Below are positions 35,901 to 48,900 of a DNA stretch of 64,000 nucleotides, one piece after another (within the stretch, counting starts at the first letter, position 1; each line of letters opens with the position of its first letter). The translations under genes and the position numbers were made by a program. The notes beneath the pieces were generated by a model that made no database searches, was not told the DNA's origin, and saw only the letters and a list, made by a program, of their open reading frames with translations. Origin of the DNA: Azolla caroliniana (Eukaryota; Plantae; Polypodiophyta); assembly GCA_043228905.1 (NCBI GenBank), contig JBHGNT010000022.1, forward strand, positions 10,292,001 through 10,356,000, read 5' to 3'.

Positions 35901-38900
35901 ACAAACAAATGTGAAAGTGGAAGTGGGCCTTTCAATGTGATATGTGTGTCACCAATTAGTTTGTACATTCAGACTAATCAAAATAACATGGTTCAACATT
36001 GTAGATTCCCAACCGATAGTTTGGATAGGTTCTGGTTCACATCAACAATCGGCCCCACGAACGTGACGAGCAACACGGTAGACGTGTCAAACATGCCGGA
36101 CGATGTGCCCATGGTGGTGATGCAATCAAATGTGATGGCCACCACGACAGATGGGCTCATGTACAACTTCAGTATTCCCGGAACCCACCATTACTACATC
36201 AACTTGTTCTTTGTGGAACTAGATCCTCAAGTCACAACCGGTCGTGTCTTTGATGTTAGTTTGAATGGAGTACCTAACGTCAAGAACGTTGATGTGTTCG
36301 ACTTGAATTTGGGACGCTACAATTGGTACTCGATTTTCACACCTAGTGCATTTGGCCCTTACGTCGACTATGTCCTTATCACCCTCACACCTTCCCCGTC
36401 CGCCACATATCTCCCTTTTCTCGCCGCACTTGAAGTCATGCAAGTCTTTGACAACCCCATGGTTGTCTCCACCTCATCTGACGATGGTATGTGCTTCCTT
36501 ATCTAGTATGTATAAATAGCTAAGCGAAGAATGCTTGCCATAACGTTCATGGATAATTTCGTTTTATAAAGAAAGCTTCTTCTTTATATATTTTTTCCAT
36601 TATAAGTGTACTCTTAAGAATAAGCATCTCATGATTGATTTGAAATAAGAGTCGGCAACGTCTCGGCTCAAGCTTGAACCAAGCCATTAAACCAGTTTAG
36701 CTTAAACCAATTTAAGAACCGGTTCGGTTCAAGTTTGAAAACTATCAAACCGGTTAAGGCTTAATCAGTTTGGTATGGACAAGGACAAATTGATAAAGAT
36801 AAAACCGAACTATTGGCGAGACTATTCATGAATATATATCATGTAGGTTATGATTTGTATGTGTACATATAGGGCAGCTAGCCCTTGATATATATTATAC
36901 ATATATGTCTACACTTGGATTTTCCCACACTTACAATTCACTAACCGTGTAGTGTGAGCGATATATGTGTTAGTCTTCTATTCATACTTTCAAATGTCGT
37001 CCATATAATTGGCCACCACCTTGAGTAACATCTGTTGGTTCTATTTTAACAGAATTGGGCATTCAAGGTATAACAACTACCCTATCAAATATGAGTATCT
37101 TCAAGGGAGATCCATGTTTGCCATTGGATTACAGATACTCATGGATAGGTTGTAATGAGAATACTTCTCCTCCCAGGGTGACATCTATGTGGGTACACTA
37201 CATTCAAAAGTATAGTATTCACATGATTTCTACTAGAAAATCCACATGTATTCACTAACATAATTTGTTGATAATAGATCCTTATCTAATTATAAGCTAG
37301 TTGGAGAATTTCCCTCAAGTATCAACAATCTTAATCAACTAGTTCAAATGTAAGATAAAGCTTAAGTGCACTTTTTATCTAGACATATAATTGTTTTGAG
37401 ACAATTTTCAAATCATGCAAAAAATGTGATCAACCGCCACATCATGTAGACTTCTAGATGGGAACGCTTTGGAAGGACCAATCCCTGATTTGAGCAATTT
37501 GCTATCGCTTGAAGTGTTGTAAGTGTTCTTTACTAATACTAACTTACTACATCCCACAAATATATATGGATGTGTATAAATGTTTAATTGTACCTCATTA
37601 AGCATGATTTCTTAATATGAAAACCTATCGGCAATTGTTGTATTCCTATGTTTAACAACGATATGCATACATATTGAAAATTATTGTATTTGATCCATAA
37701 ATACATTTGGTCGAAACATATCAATTGTGCAGAAATTTGAGCAATAACAAATTGAGTGGACCAATCCCAACTTCACTTGGGAATTTGACAAAGTTGAAAT
37801 ATCTGTAAGGATTCTCTTTTCTCTAAAATCACAAACACTTTGTATCGTTATTACTTATGTTATTTCATTCTCATTCTCTTTCATTTCTAGTGATTTGTCA
37901 CACAACAACTTTAGTGGAGTGATTCCAATTGCACTACAACAAAAGGAAGGGCTTGTTTTCATGTATGTTACTCACTTTCCTAGTTGTGTAATTGAGTACA
38001 ATATTGTATCATTTGTGTTGTCAAAAATATATTGTGCTATTGAAAACATCATTTGTGATTAACAAGTATTTGAGTGTTAATATTATCATGTGTAGGTATG
38101 AAGGAAACAACTTTTTGTGCCTTGCAACAAATGCTAGTTGCTCGAGCATTCCACCAATTTCATCAACACCAAAAAATAGCACACCATTGATTATTGGAAT
38201 AGTGTGTGGTGTTTTAGTTGTACTTATTGTGATAATAGTTTTATGCATTTGTGTGTGGAAGAGGCGACGCACTCCCCAACAATCCACAAGTCATGAAAAG
38301 ACAAGTCAACTAAATACAACTAAAACGGATTACCTAGATCATGGTAATGACTATGTCTTTACTTCTATGTCCATATACATCAATAGTTAATCTAGTCCAA
38401 AGTGATTTATATCTATGTTTTGTTGTAAATCCTTAAGATGTACTCACTTAATGCCTAAATCCAGATAAGTTTAAATCTAAATTATATGTTTATGATAGAA
38501 ATTGATAACATGAACCAAGATCTTTAACAATTCTCAATTTCGACATTCTCATAGAACCTAAATTTAATGCCACACATACTTTGATTGTGTCCTTCAAAGT
38601 ATGCAAACATATTTGTGTTTATCCCATGGATCATGGTTTGCCATCTATGAAAGTACTCCATCTCAATCACCAAATTAGCCGACCTTCACTACCATGTCGT
38701 GGTATATTAACATGAGCATTTGTGACCTTCACTACCAATATTTATGTGGAGTTTTTAGGAAGCTAGACTGCATATGTGCATGTTCCCCAAATCAAACCTG
38801 ATTAGATATGCTCTTTTAATACTTAAATGAAAACGAGTAAGTAGCCAAAACAATAGTTTCTTACAAACATGGTGATTGGAGAAGTATTCTTGTGTTAAAT

Positions 38901-40737
38901 ATGAATACAAATTCAGAGTTCTTGTCATTTCATCATGAAAGGTTTCATAATTTATAGGGTCATAGGGTCAATTTACAGTATCACAAGTCCATAATAATTT
39001 GGAATTTAATTTAACTTTAATCTAATGCTTATAAGTGAGCTCATATTTCCTGCATATCTTGTATAGCTGTTAGCCATACAAGAGTACTTGAAGCTACAAA
39101 TGTTGCACAACGCTTTAGTTTTGAAGACATTCGAATTGCGACCAACAATTTCGAAACAATCCTTGGTAAAGGTGGTTTTGGCATTGTATATAAGGGCATT
39201 TTGAAGAATGGAGTGGTTGTAGCAGTTAAAGTTTTATCCACTGCATCACACCAAGGAGTAGAAGAATTTCTCAATGAGGTATTTGCAAAAATGAATTCTC
39301 GCACATATACACGTCATTCTTGATTCGTGACTTGTTACAAGGAATGATGGGGGAATTCCTAGTGGACACTTGCTATTTATTTATTTTTGTTAACGTTTGG
39401 ACTATAGGTAACTCTTCTCTCTCGAGTGCATCATAAGAACCTCGTGGAGTTGGTAGGATATTGTATTGACAATAAGCTGGTACTTATTTATGAATATATG
39501 TCAGAGGGATCATTTTTCGATGCTCTTTTTGGTAAGTATCATAACCGCTCCTCTAAAATATATCATCATAATATGTACCTAAGGTAAAACAATAAAAGAT
39601 CATGACATTATTTTTTATATTATGCATGATGTGTTACTTGATTGTAGTTTTGTATAAAATAATAACACTTTGAAATGTGTTTCATGAAAAACAATGAAGG
39701 CAATACACGGACAATAGCCTTGAAGTGGAGAGAGAGATTGCAAATTTTGTTAGATGCTGCTCAAGGTGAAAGTTTAGTTAAATAAAGGTTTAGTCAATGA
39801 GTGCATGGGTACATTTATGGTGTTTGAAACCTTTCAAAAGTCTAATCTCATGTTAAAAGGTTTTGGTTGTAGGTCTTGCTTATCTACACACTGGATGCAA
39901 CTCTTTGATCATCCATAGGGATGTCAAGAGTAGTAACATTTTGTTGACAAAAGGGTTTGAAGGAAAAATGTCTGATTTTGGAATATCAAGGCTACAAGCC
40001 AATGCCGAGGTCATCTCAACAAGGTTGATCGGTAGCATGGGATATTTGGATCCTGAGTATGTTTTCATATATTCCCTTTATGCATACAATGTTTTTGAAA
40101 TTAGCATTTTAAATTATTTAATCTTAATTAGCACAACTATTTGTAGTAGCTTTTGATGCTAGGAGTAAAACTTGAAGTTTTTATCCAGAATGTAGTTTGT
40201 GAAACCACAAATTATTTCCCCAAAATCATGACTTCTTTCAATGGCCTTTTAAATTAGGTATGCAACGACATTCAAATTGACAGAAAAAGTTGATGTATAT
40301 AGTTTTGGGGTAGTTTTGTTCGAAGCTATGTGTGGTCAACTTCCTTTCGTAAGAGGCACACAAACAGGAGATACTGACATTCACATATCCCAATGGGTAA
40401 CCATCATTTATGCTATTATATTTCAGCTTAGGGAATATTTTTTAGATTACCAACACAAATTTGATTTGGAGCGTTGTAGGTGAAACGGTACTATGAGGAA
40501 GGTGAAATAGAAAAAATTGTTGACAAAAGACTTGGCAATGAGTATAACGTATCATCTATATGGAAAGTGGCGGAAATAGCAATGGCATGTGTCCATTATG
40601 AGGGGATCACGCGACCTACAATGAATATTGTTTGTAGTGAATTGATGGATGCCATCAGATTAGAATCTGGTTACATTGGAGTTTCACCTGCTACAACAGG
40701 AGAATTTCTTTCTTCAACGAATGTGCGAGCTCGATGA
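32959..40737 (+). CDS. Malectin-like domain LRR receptor-like Ser/Thr kinase (LRR-I type), 14 exons
   Basis: Exons 32959-33674, 36005-36486, 37053-37188, 37278-37349, 37450-37518, 37733-37804, 37891-37962, 38096-38343, 39067-39278, 39408-39531, 39700-39765, 39873-40056, 40258-40396, 40480-40737, all with GT-AG introns. Signal peptide, GFLSID, GDPC, 69-72-bp LRR exons, TM helix, [21 protein letters not shown]. Confidence 0.95.
36645..36825. mobile_element. Degenerate hAT-like MITE remnant in RLK intron 2
   Basis: AAACCG/CGGTT-rich, like the 52148 element. TIRs are weak and no TSD is visible. Confidence 0.4.
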
Positions 40738-40961
40738 ACTAATTAAAGTCATAATGACAAATGATCATATCTTATTGTATTGTTTTCTTTATTCATCGAA
40801 TAACTTCCCCTTCTACAAGCTAGGGGAAAACATTGTGTGTGTACCCTTCAATGGAAAAACTATGGATTTTGGTGATGAGAAGTAACCAAAATTATGTTTA
40901 TATGTATGTAAGAAGTATGATTGATTATTAGCAATTTTGGGTACTATATTTTGTTATTGGA

Positions 40962-43939
40962 ATAATTGGCGACCACTGACGATCCTCACCTAGCAACGCT
41001 TGATAATTGGCGACCACTGACGATCCTCACCAATGCATATAAGATAATGGCCAAAGTCGTAAGTAAGAGATTGAAAATGGTACTTGGGGACATTATACAT
41101 ACAACGCAAACTGGTTTCTTGGAAAACCGGAGTATTGTGGACAATGTGATAACATTCTGGGAATACTCAGCATGGGCTGAGGAGCAAGAAGTGGACCTAG
41201 CAATAATGCTACTTGACTTCGAAAAAGCATATGACAGGATTTCATGGGATTTCCTAGAAGCAGTGATGGCAGCCCTAGGTTTTGAACAACAATGGATCCG
41301 TGGAATGGGTGCCTTCTACAGAGGTGCATCCAGCCAAGTGTTAATGGCTGGAAGTATGGGGAAGAGCTTTAAGATGCTACGTTCGGTACGCCAAGGATGC
41401 CCATTAGCCCCGTATTTATACATAATTGCAGCAGAAGCTTTGCATTATCAAATTGCTGATAGATCTTGGCAAATACAAGGCCTTACCTTACCCGATGCTG
41501 AAGTTATGGTGCTTGATACGGCATATGCTGATGACACAATGACCTATGTCAAAGGTGATGCACACAACTTGGGCAGATTGCAAAATGCAATTGATGAGTT
41601 TTGTAGGGGATCCGATGCTAAAATAAATTGGAATAAATCTGTGGGCATTTGGATCAGTAATAAACCCATGTTAAATTGGGTCCCCAACCCCAATTTTAGA
41701 TGGTTGAGGAAAGGAGAAGCTACTAGATACTTGGGCTTCAAAATTGGTATGGACATTGATCGGGCAGAACACTACAATCTACTAGTGGATAAAATAAAAA
41801 TGAAGCTAATATGGTGGAATGCAAGAAAACTATCATTTGCGGGAAAGATTGTGATTGCAAATCAGATTCTAATGGCCACTATATGGCACACTGCTGCATG
41901 CTGGATAATCGTGCCCAAGTCGATGAAATTGATAAAAAAGATCATTAGAAATTTCTTATGGGGGGGCACAGAGGAAAAACAAGCCGTTGCAAAGATTGCT
42001 TGGACCACACTTATAAAAAGGAAAAGTGAAGGGGGGGTGGGATTGATAGATCCCGTGATGCAAACGAAGGCCTTACTAGGCAAACTAGTGGTCCAGAGCC
42101 TACAACCTCCTGAGGCACCTTGGAAAGTTCTATGGCGGCGTAGATGGAAGATGTGGCTGCCAAGACAAGGTGGATGTTGGCCTAGCAGCCCATTTTGGGG
42201 CTTTGTGCCAGAAATGAGGCCCAAATACTGGGGAAGTATGCAGAGTCTTTGTGCTATCGGAATTATGAAAGCATGGCAAGAAATCAGAAAGGGGATCATA
42301 TGTAGGTGGAGAAATGATGCATATGCGCGGATATACATGCCAATTGTATGGAATCCATTGATTAGAGATGTGGATGGGCTGATGATAGGCCAAAAAACAG
42401 GTTTCAAATGGGCTGAGTTAATCAATGCCCAAGGGAATGCATTAGTGGAGTGGGAGAGGTTTTTGTCCAATGAGGTGGGCACTCAAAAGGCTAGAATATG
42501 GAGAATAAGCAGGGGTAAAGGCATGCTCAAGAGAATTACAAATGCCATTGCATGCTACAAGAATACATTGGAAGAGGAAGAAGTAACAACCTCTGAAATT
42601 GCGTGGACAGGTCTTATAGATGCTGAAAACTGTTTAATTGGCATTAAGGGAATGAAAGTAGAATCGAACGAGGTATGCTACTACAAACTAGAGCACGGAA
42701 GGGCAAGAGGTGAGCAACTAGTCTTTCAAAGAGAAAAGCCGATTAGGCTTATCGTAAAAACTGGTAAGAATATGATTATTGACCCTAAGCCAAGGGAGAT
42801 CACACCGGCGACAGTGTGTTGGCCTATAGAAGGGCATTTGGATCAGTTATCATGGGACCCAGCCAGGTATTTTTGGAGAACTCAAGGACAAACTGATGGG
42901 GAAAAGCTAGTTCAATTTTTCAGGTATAACACGAAGATTGGGAGGCAAATTCTTCTAGAACAAAAACATGACAAGGTTGCGGCAAGGAAATTTTGGATGC
43001 AGGAGGGCATAAGTGAAAGGAGACTAGATAAATTCTGGAAAATGATATGGCATGACAAATATGACCGCAAGATAATGATGTGTTTATGGCTTATTGCACA
43101 TAGAGCCTTGCCGGTAGGGACGTGGGGTAAAGGCCCCAATGTAGACCCTCGATGTACTGCATGTGGACAGATAGAAAGCATCTCCCATTGTCTATGGGAA
43201 TGTCGTGATGCAATGGTTGTATGGGGAAGGGCACTTCGTTTGCTTTGCCATGCCTCTAGTTCGTTCACCCTCAACTGGGGACATGCTTGTTGGATGTCTC
43301 TTGACGTTGATGTGGCGACATACGATAGCACATGCAATGCTAAGTACAGAGGGGAGAATGACATTGTTCGGCTGATCCCTAACAACGGGGTACCTACAAC
43401 TTGTGTACAGAATCAAAAACTTGAAGATCTTTGGATGTTGCTTGCCCCCATCACTATATGGCATATATGGACAGCAAGGTGTACCAGGGTATTTTCTGCA
43501 CACAAACGCCCTCCAGCTGAATCGATTAAGCTAATTTGGCACACACTCATAACTACACTAAGAGCTCAATATGAGCGGATTAATGGTACTAATGATGCTG
43601 CAGACTTAATGAGGCTGAATTTTCGAAAAAGATGGTGTACGACACCGATGGCCGCAGCAAATGGAATGGATATACTATGGAAGTATGATGTACCCAGATG
43701 GTTGTTTCCCCCTCCCATTAGTTGAACGAGGGGCGTGAAAGACATGGCAAGTGGGATAGTGAAGGTAGGTGATGTATTTGTAAGGATGGCTTGAGTCATA
43801 TGTAAAAGTGTAAGATAAATAAGTGAGATCTCTCATATGTAGGCTAGGATAATCTTGGCACGGCCTACCTGAGAAAGGGATCGTGTTCATGTATATTTTA
43901 ACTAATGGAGTATATTCTTTTTTGGAATAAAAAAAAAAA
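40962..43939 (+). mobile_element. 5'-truncated L1-type LINE with uninterrupted RT and zinc-finger ORF2 (40966-43725)
   Basis: NWRPLTIL, LDFEKAYD, RQGCPL, YADD and CTACGQIESISHCLWEC. A-run at ~43929-43939. No endonuclease domain. Confidence 0.95.
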
Positions 43940-44649
43940 CACATGTGTTTTAGGTTTACCACCATTGACATTAGAATTGCATCAATAAGCTAACTTGATG
44001 TGCTCTCACATAGGAATATAGGCACCAAAAAGGTTTCAAAAATCACAAGAAAGTTAGTCCTCAAATTTCATTTTACCATTTAATGCAGCACATTACTCAC
44101 CTAGAAAGAAATATTTGTTGTATTTTTGTACTTATGGTTGTCCTAAATCAAAAAACATCTTTTTATGTATGACATGCTCTACTAAAGTAAAATATTTACT
44201 AGAAAAATAAACTTGCATTGAATAAAGATTTGGAGACTGTCAACACATTTATGGTAATGTCCTCCCAATACATGTACCTAACTATGGTGCATGACCAATA
44301 GGGCTCTAAACCACAATCTCTTGATTAGAAGTGAAATTCTTTCTCCATTTAGGCTCGCATAATGAAAGAAGGTTTTTAGATGTAGTTGGCCATGCAGATT
44401 TCCATAAGCAATTCAGCAACAACCATTCCATGAAATGTACCACACAGTGTGAATGACCTAGAGCCTTTTATATAGGATCCTCATGATTGGCTACCCCACT
44501 CTTCCCATGCATCTAATGGCTCTCTACTTTCAACACCCAATACACTTCTTACAATTGCACAAGCTAATAAGGACTAAGACAAAAGATAAATTTTAATGCA
44601 TTATTTAATACTTGGAGAGCCAAGAATGCTAAACGCAATTTTAGAATTA

Positions 44650-45030
44650 GAATTTTTATCGTCCATAAAGAGGCCAATTTTGACCTATGGGACCAGAGTA
44701 TACATGTGTTCTTGATATGTGTCTCCTTCCTAACACCGGGTATTCATACATTGAAGCACAAAGTCTCTATGTGTGAATAAAGCATACACATATGAGCTCA
44801 ACGTTCTAGGTGGTATCGTAAGTATGGCACTTAAGATATCACTCCCTTTTAGTACGTTAGCATATCTTGAACGAATTGCACTAAATGTCGAGCATGTGAA
44901 GAGCAAGTGACATTCATCCTCTACCATGCCTTCATTGCATACTTTACATGCCTTCAAATTCATTACATTTTGATACCATGATGCAACTTCAATACGTAAC
45001 TTGTGAGATCGATTGTGAAGTAATGTAAGG
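44650..45030 (-). mobile_element. Non-LTR retrotransposon 3' fragment (C-terminal zinc finger)
   Basis: SHKLRIE...CKVCNEGMVEDECHLLFTC. Confidence 0.75.
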
Positions 45031-45459
45031 GCTCTACGAGCAAGACTACTCATATTGGAGTTGGTGAGGGGAATTAAAGAAAGCCCGGTTAGTATCAAGT
45101 CATATCTTGAGAAAGAATGTGATCAAAATGAATATAAGAGTATTATAATAATGTATTTCTTGATTTCTCTCTTTATTAACAATATAAGTTAATTTTTATT
45201 GGGCGTGCCTCATCTAAAGTCTTTTGTGCACATTGTTCGTCAAGAATTATTATCCCAACCAGATACATGACTGACAAGCAACATGCTAGTTAAAAATGTG
45301 ATGTTCCTGATGGTTCTCTTGAGGTGAAGATTTTGTATGAACAATAAGATAAAGAGAAATTAGTGCACGTTTCTTCCTGCACTACCACTCCCATACAACC
45401 ATGTCTAATTTAGCTACCAATGCACTATTAGTTGGCCTTTAGTAGTAGCATGCACTTTA

Positions 45460-45605
45460 GGATTTTGACAATAGGAAAAACATTTTTGCAAACCAGTATA
45501 TTGTACAAAAAAATCATGTATTTGACAGAAGGAAAAACATTTTTGCAAACCAGTATATTGCACAAAAAAATGCATGGATTTGACAAAAGGAAAAACATTT
45601 TTGTA
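45460..45605. repeat. ~56-bp tandem repeat, about 2.5 copies
   Basis: GGAAAAACATTTTTGCAAACCAGTATATTG recurs. Also present in the duplicate at 14420-14520. Confidence 0.8.
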
Positions 45606-45982
45606 TAGGAAGTTATTGGTGGCTTTACCACGAATATATCATTTCACTCGAATTGAAATAAGATACATCAAATCTTACTCATCTTTTGATTTGCATCTAA
45701 AATAAAGAATACAACACATGTGATAATAACCAGAGGGATTTCAAATAACAATGTATAAAATAAAAGCATCAACCAAGATCATCTCTTGTCTTCGATCCAC
45801 CTCTTTGATACAGAAGATAACCCACAGAAAAATAAGGCTTTCAAATCAATGATTTGTGTGCCATTACGGCTCTCCTTAAAAACCTATTGTTGAAGAAGAA
45901 CGTCGTTGCCATATCTTATGTGATAAAAGAACGTTACAAGGCTACAGTAAGGTATCATCTCTTTCTTTTTACTGTGTATAAC

Positions 45983-48900
45983 CTAAAAAGGTGGGCCCGT
46001 CGCACCTGGAAAAAGCTCTGCAATCTTGAGAAGTGCATTCATGACCTATATACCATAAAAGTATGTGTTCCATTAGGTTAAATATGGTGAATAAGGACCA
46101 AATACAAACAAATAATGACCAATGTTGTATGATCGGAGAGTTTTGCAAACATAGTATACCTCCTGGTCATTTTGATACTTAGTTATATTTAGCGGATTTT
46201 GGGAACACTGAAAAACAACACAAGATTCCATACATATGTAAGTCAAACCAGGCTTTGCCAACCAAGGGTATGTATGGAAAATACAAAAAAAAAACATAAG
46301 TTCTTCCTTCAAAAGCTATAGTTATCATTCAGGAGAGGTCTTACATCCATTATGGCTTCAACAACTTTTGGATTTTGTAAAGATGCTGCAATATCTGGAC
46401 TCGCAAGAATCTTGCCAACAACTTCATCGGGTGTTAAACCAATTTGATCTGTGTCATCCCATCAACAAATATCAAAAGTCATATAAAACCCTATGAGTGG
46501 TTGCCTAGGGCTTCTTTATAGGGAAATTTATCACTAGACTATCCCCCCCATATTTGGGAGTTTATCAGAATACTTCTAGGTTATCAAATTTTTACCAGAA
46601 TAAATAGCCCTAAAATTGTTCTCATTTTTCAAGCCTTGTCAGCATAATTTGTAGTACTACGATATTTATTACTTCAGGGTCATTCTGGTAATTTGTTAAA
46701 AGACAGAGGTAGATACCAACTAGTTAGGGATCTTTTCCCATACTAAATACCACAACAGGAGAGAGTTCCAGGTGTTGTTGGTCTAGTGGGATCCCAGAAA
46801 CACAAAAATATCCCTCAAAATTTTGGATATTTACCAGAATACTCATAGTTTTTCAAACAATTACCAGAATACACTTTCATAGTGCAAAATAAACCCACAA
46901 TGCTAAAAACACTAAGAGAGGAAACGCAAAAGATTCATCATCTACACAGCTCGAAATTATAATGTTGAAACAGTGAAGTTAAATGGAGTGATCTTGAGAG
47001 AAGACGAAAAAAAACTGGATATGTTACCAAACTGCTCCTTCACAGCATCGCTGTTCATGTATTTCATCATATCCATTCCATCGTCGCCACCCATGTTATT
47101 TCTACATGCACAACAAAGTAAAGGGAAATCTATGATCATTCTTGTTTGAAATTTACTTTTAAACTTGACAAAGAGAAATTTGGAATACTAACTTACAAAG
47201 CTTCTTGAAGTTGCTGCCGAACTTGAGGAAGTTTTATCATGGCTGTCAAAGCACTGATTTTGATTAACATGCATACTCGAAGTTCAAGTTTCTAAGACAT
47301 CAGAAAACCAAAATAATATCGAAAGTCTCTCACCTTTGAAGGTCACAGGATCTCTCATTTCCTCTGGTAAATATCTATATTTTTCAAAATTGCAAAATCA
47401 TAAAACAATGAAAAGGAAAAAAGTATGTTTTTTCTAGAAAGCATCAAAATAGCAAAAGTATACAATGAAAAATATTGATTGAAAACAAACCTCAATTAGC
47501 AAAAAATAAAAAGCTTATTTGCTTTTTTATTGGGTACAAGGATTTGTGATATCCATTTCTCGATATATTAATATTACAGGAAAAACTCTGAAAATACTCC
47601 TGGGTTTTTCTGTAAAATGCCCCTAATTTTGTGTTATTTCCACAAATACCTTAAAGGAGCAAATTGTGTATGCTACTTGAGCAAAATTATATTGTCCCGT
47701 TATCCCCTCCTAAATTACATGTGTTATTTACACTATTATATGGTCAATTCACTGCAACCTTCTCCCTTTCCAAGGATATCTATTTGGTAAATTAAAAAAT
47801 AATTCGGGGTCTTTTTGAGTTTCTCCCATAATAATAATTAGCAAAGAATGCACAAAGCTGGCAAGTGAAAATAGGTTTCGACAATACATACGGAAACACC
47901 ATTTTCTGAATCTTAGGATCATCCAACATTGTCTCCAGCATCTCTATGCTAATAAATGACTTGCTTTTCCCTGGGAGAAAGAAAGAAAGAAAGATATATT
48001 AACATCTTCTAAGACCAAATTTGGCCCATGAAACAATTGGTTACAGCAAAATGGGATGTGTACCCAATCATCGAGAGTAAAAATTAAATAAACATAGACA
48101 AAAGATGTTATGGTATAACATATTCTATAAAGGTCAAATGGCTATGTGCTAGGCCTAGTTTCATTTCCATTCAAGTCTTTATAATTAAAAAGCATAATTA
48201 ATGATTGTGTTACTGTATAACAAATCATAACTACGAAGGTGTCATTCAAGTGAACATTTAACAGATCAAGTTTAAATGATTAAGATTGGATATACAGGAA
48301 CCCACCATTCTGAGATGTAGCACCCTGACTCCCATAGCTACTAGAGCCTGAAGAGCTAGCATTATTATCTATCACCTTTAATACACAAGGACATCATAAT
48401 GAATAAGTACGTACAAGAAATAACCTACATAAACATGTACATATATCTACATATATATGTATATACACAAACAAATACATAATGAAAAGATAGATTCTGG
48501 CATTATAGCAGCTACACCTCAGCATCAGTGAAGGAAGGTTTTCTTGGAAGTTTTTGAAGTGAGGGTCGTTGATCCTGCGTTGTTGTCTTCTCCTCCACTG
48601 ATATGTCCATGTCAACATCTGCAAATGCTGTTTGCATATAAAAAACATTTTAAACCTTTCTAGAAAGAAACTAACATTTTATACTTTTTCTCCGGGGAAA
48701 TTAATCACAAATTAATTGTTTTGGTAATCCTTATTATTAGTAAAGCCTCTGATAGAGACACTCTAATTGTTTTTGAATGCTTATTTTGAAAAGCAATCCA
48801 TTGGGAAAACCTCCCCTTCACCACTTGAGCAACTTGTGCCTGTCCATACATACCCATGATGCACCCAATAGGGCTTGGGCACATAACCCAAAGGTTTGAA

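Noticed and set aside
32959-40737. SYMRK/DMI2 orthologue call
   Set aside because: MLD-GDPC-LRR architecture is shared by many LRR-I kinases. Orthology needs a phylogeny.
46520-47830. Additional Mutator MITEs in TIC40 introns as formal features
   Set aside because: They resemble the 31241 element, but I could not verify TIRs or TSDs.
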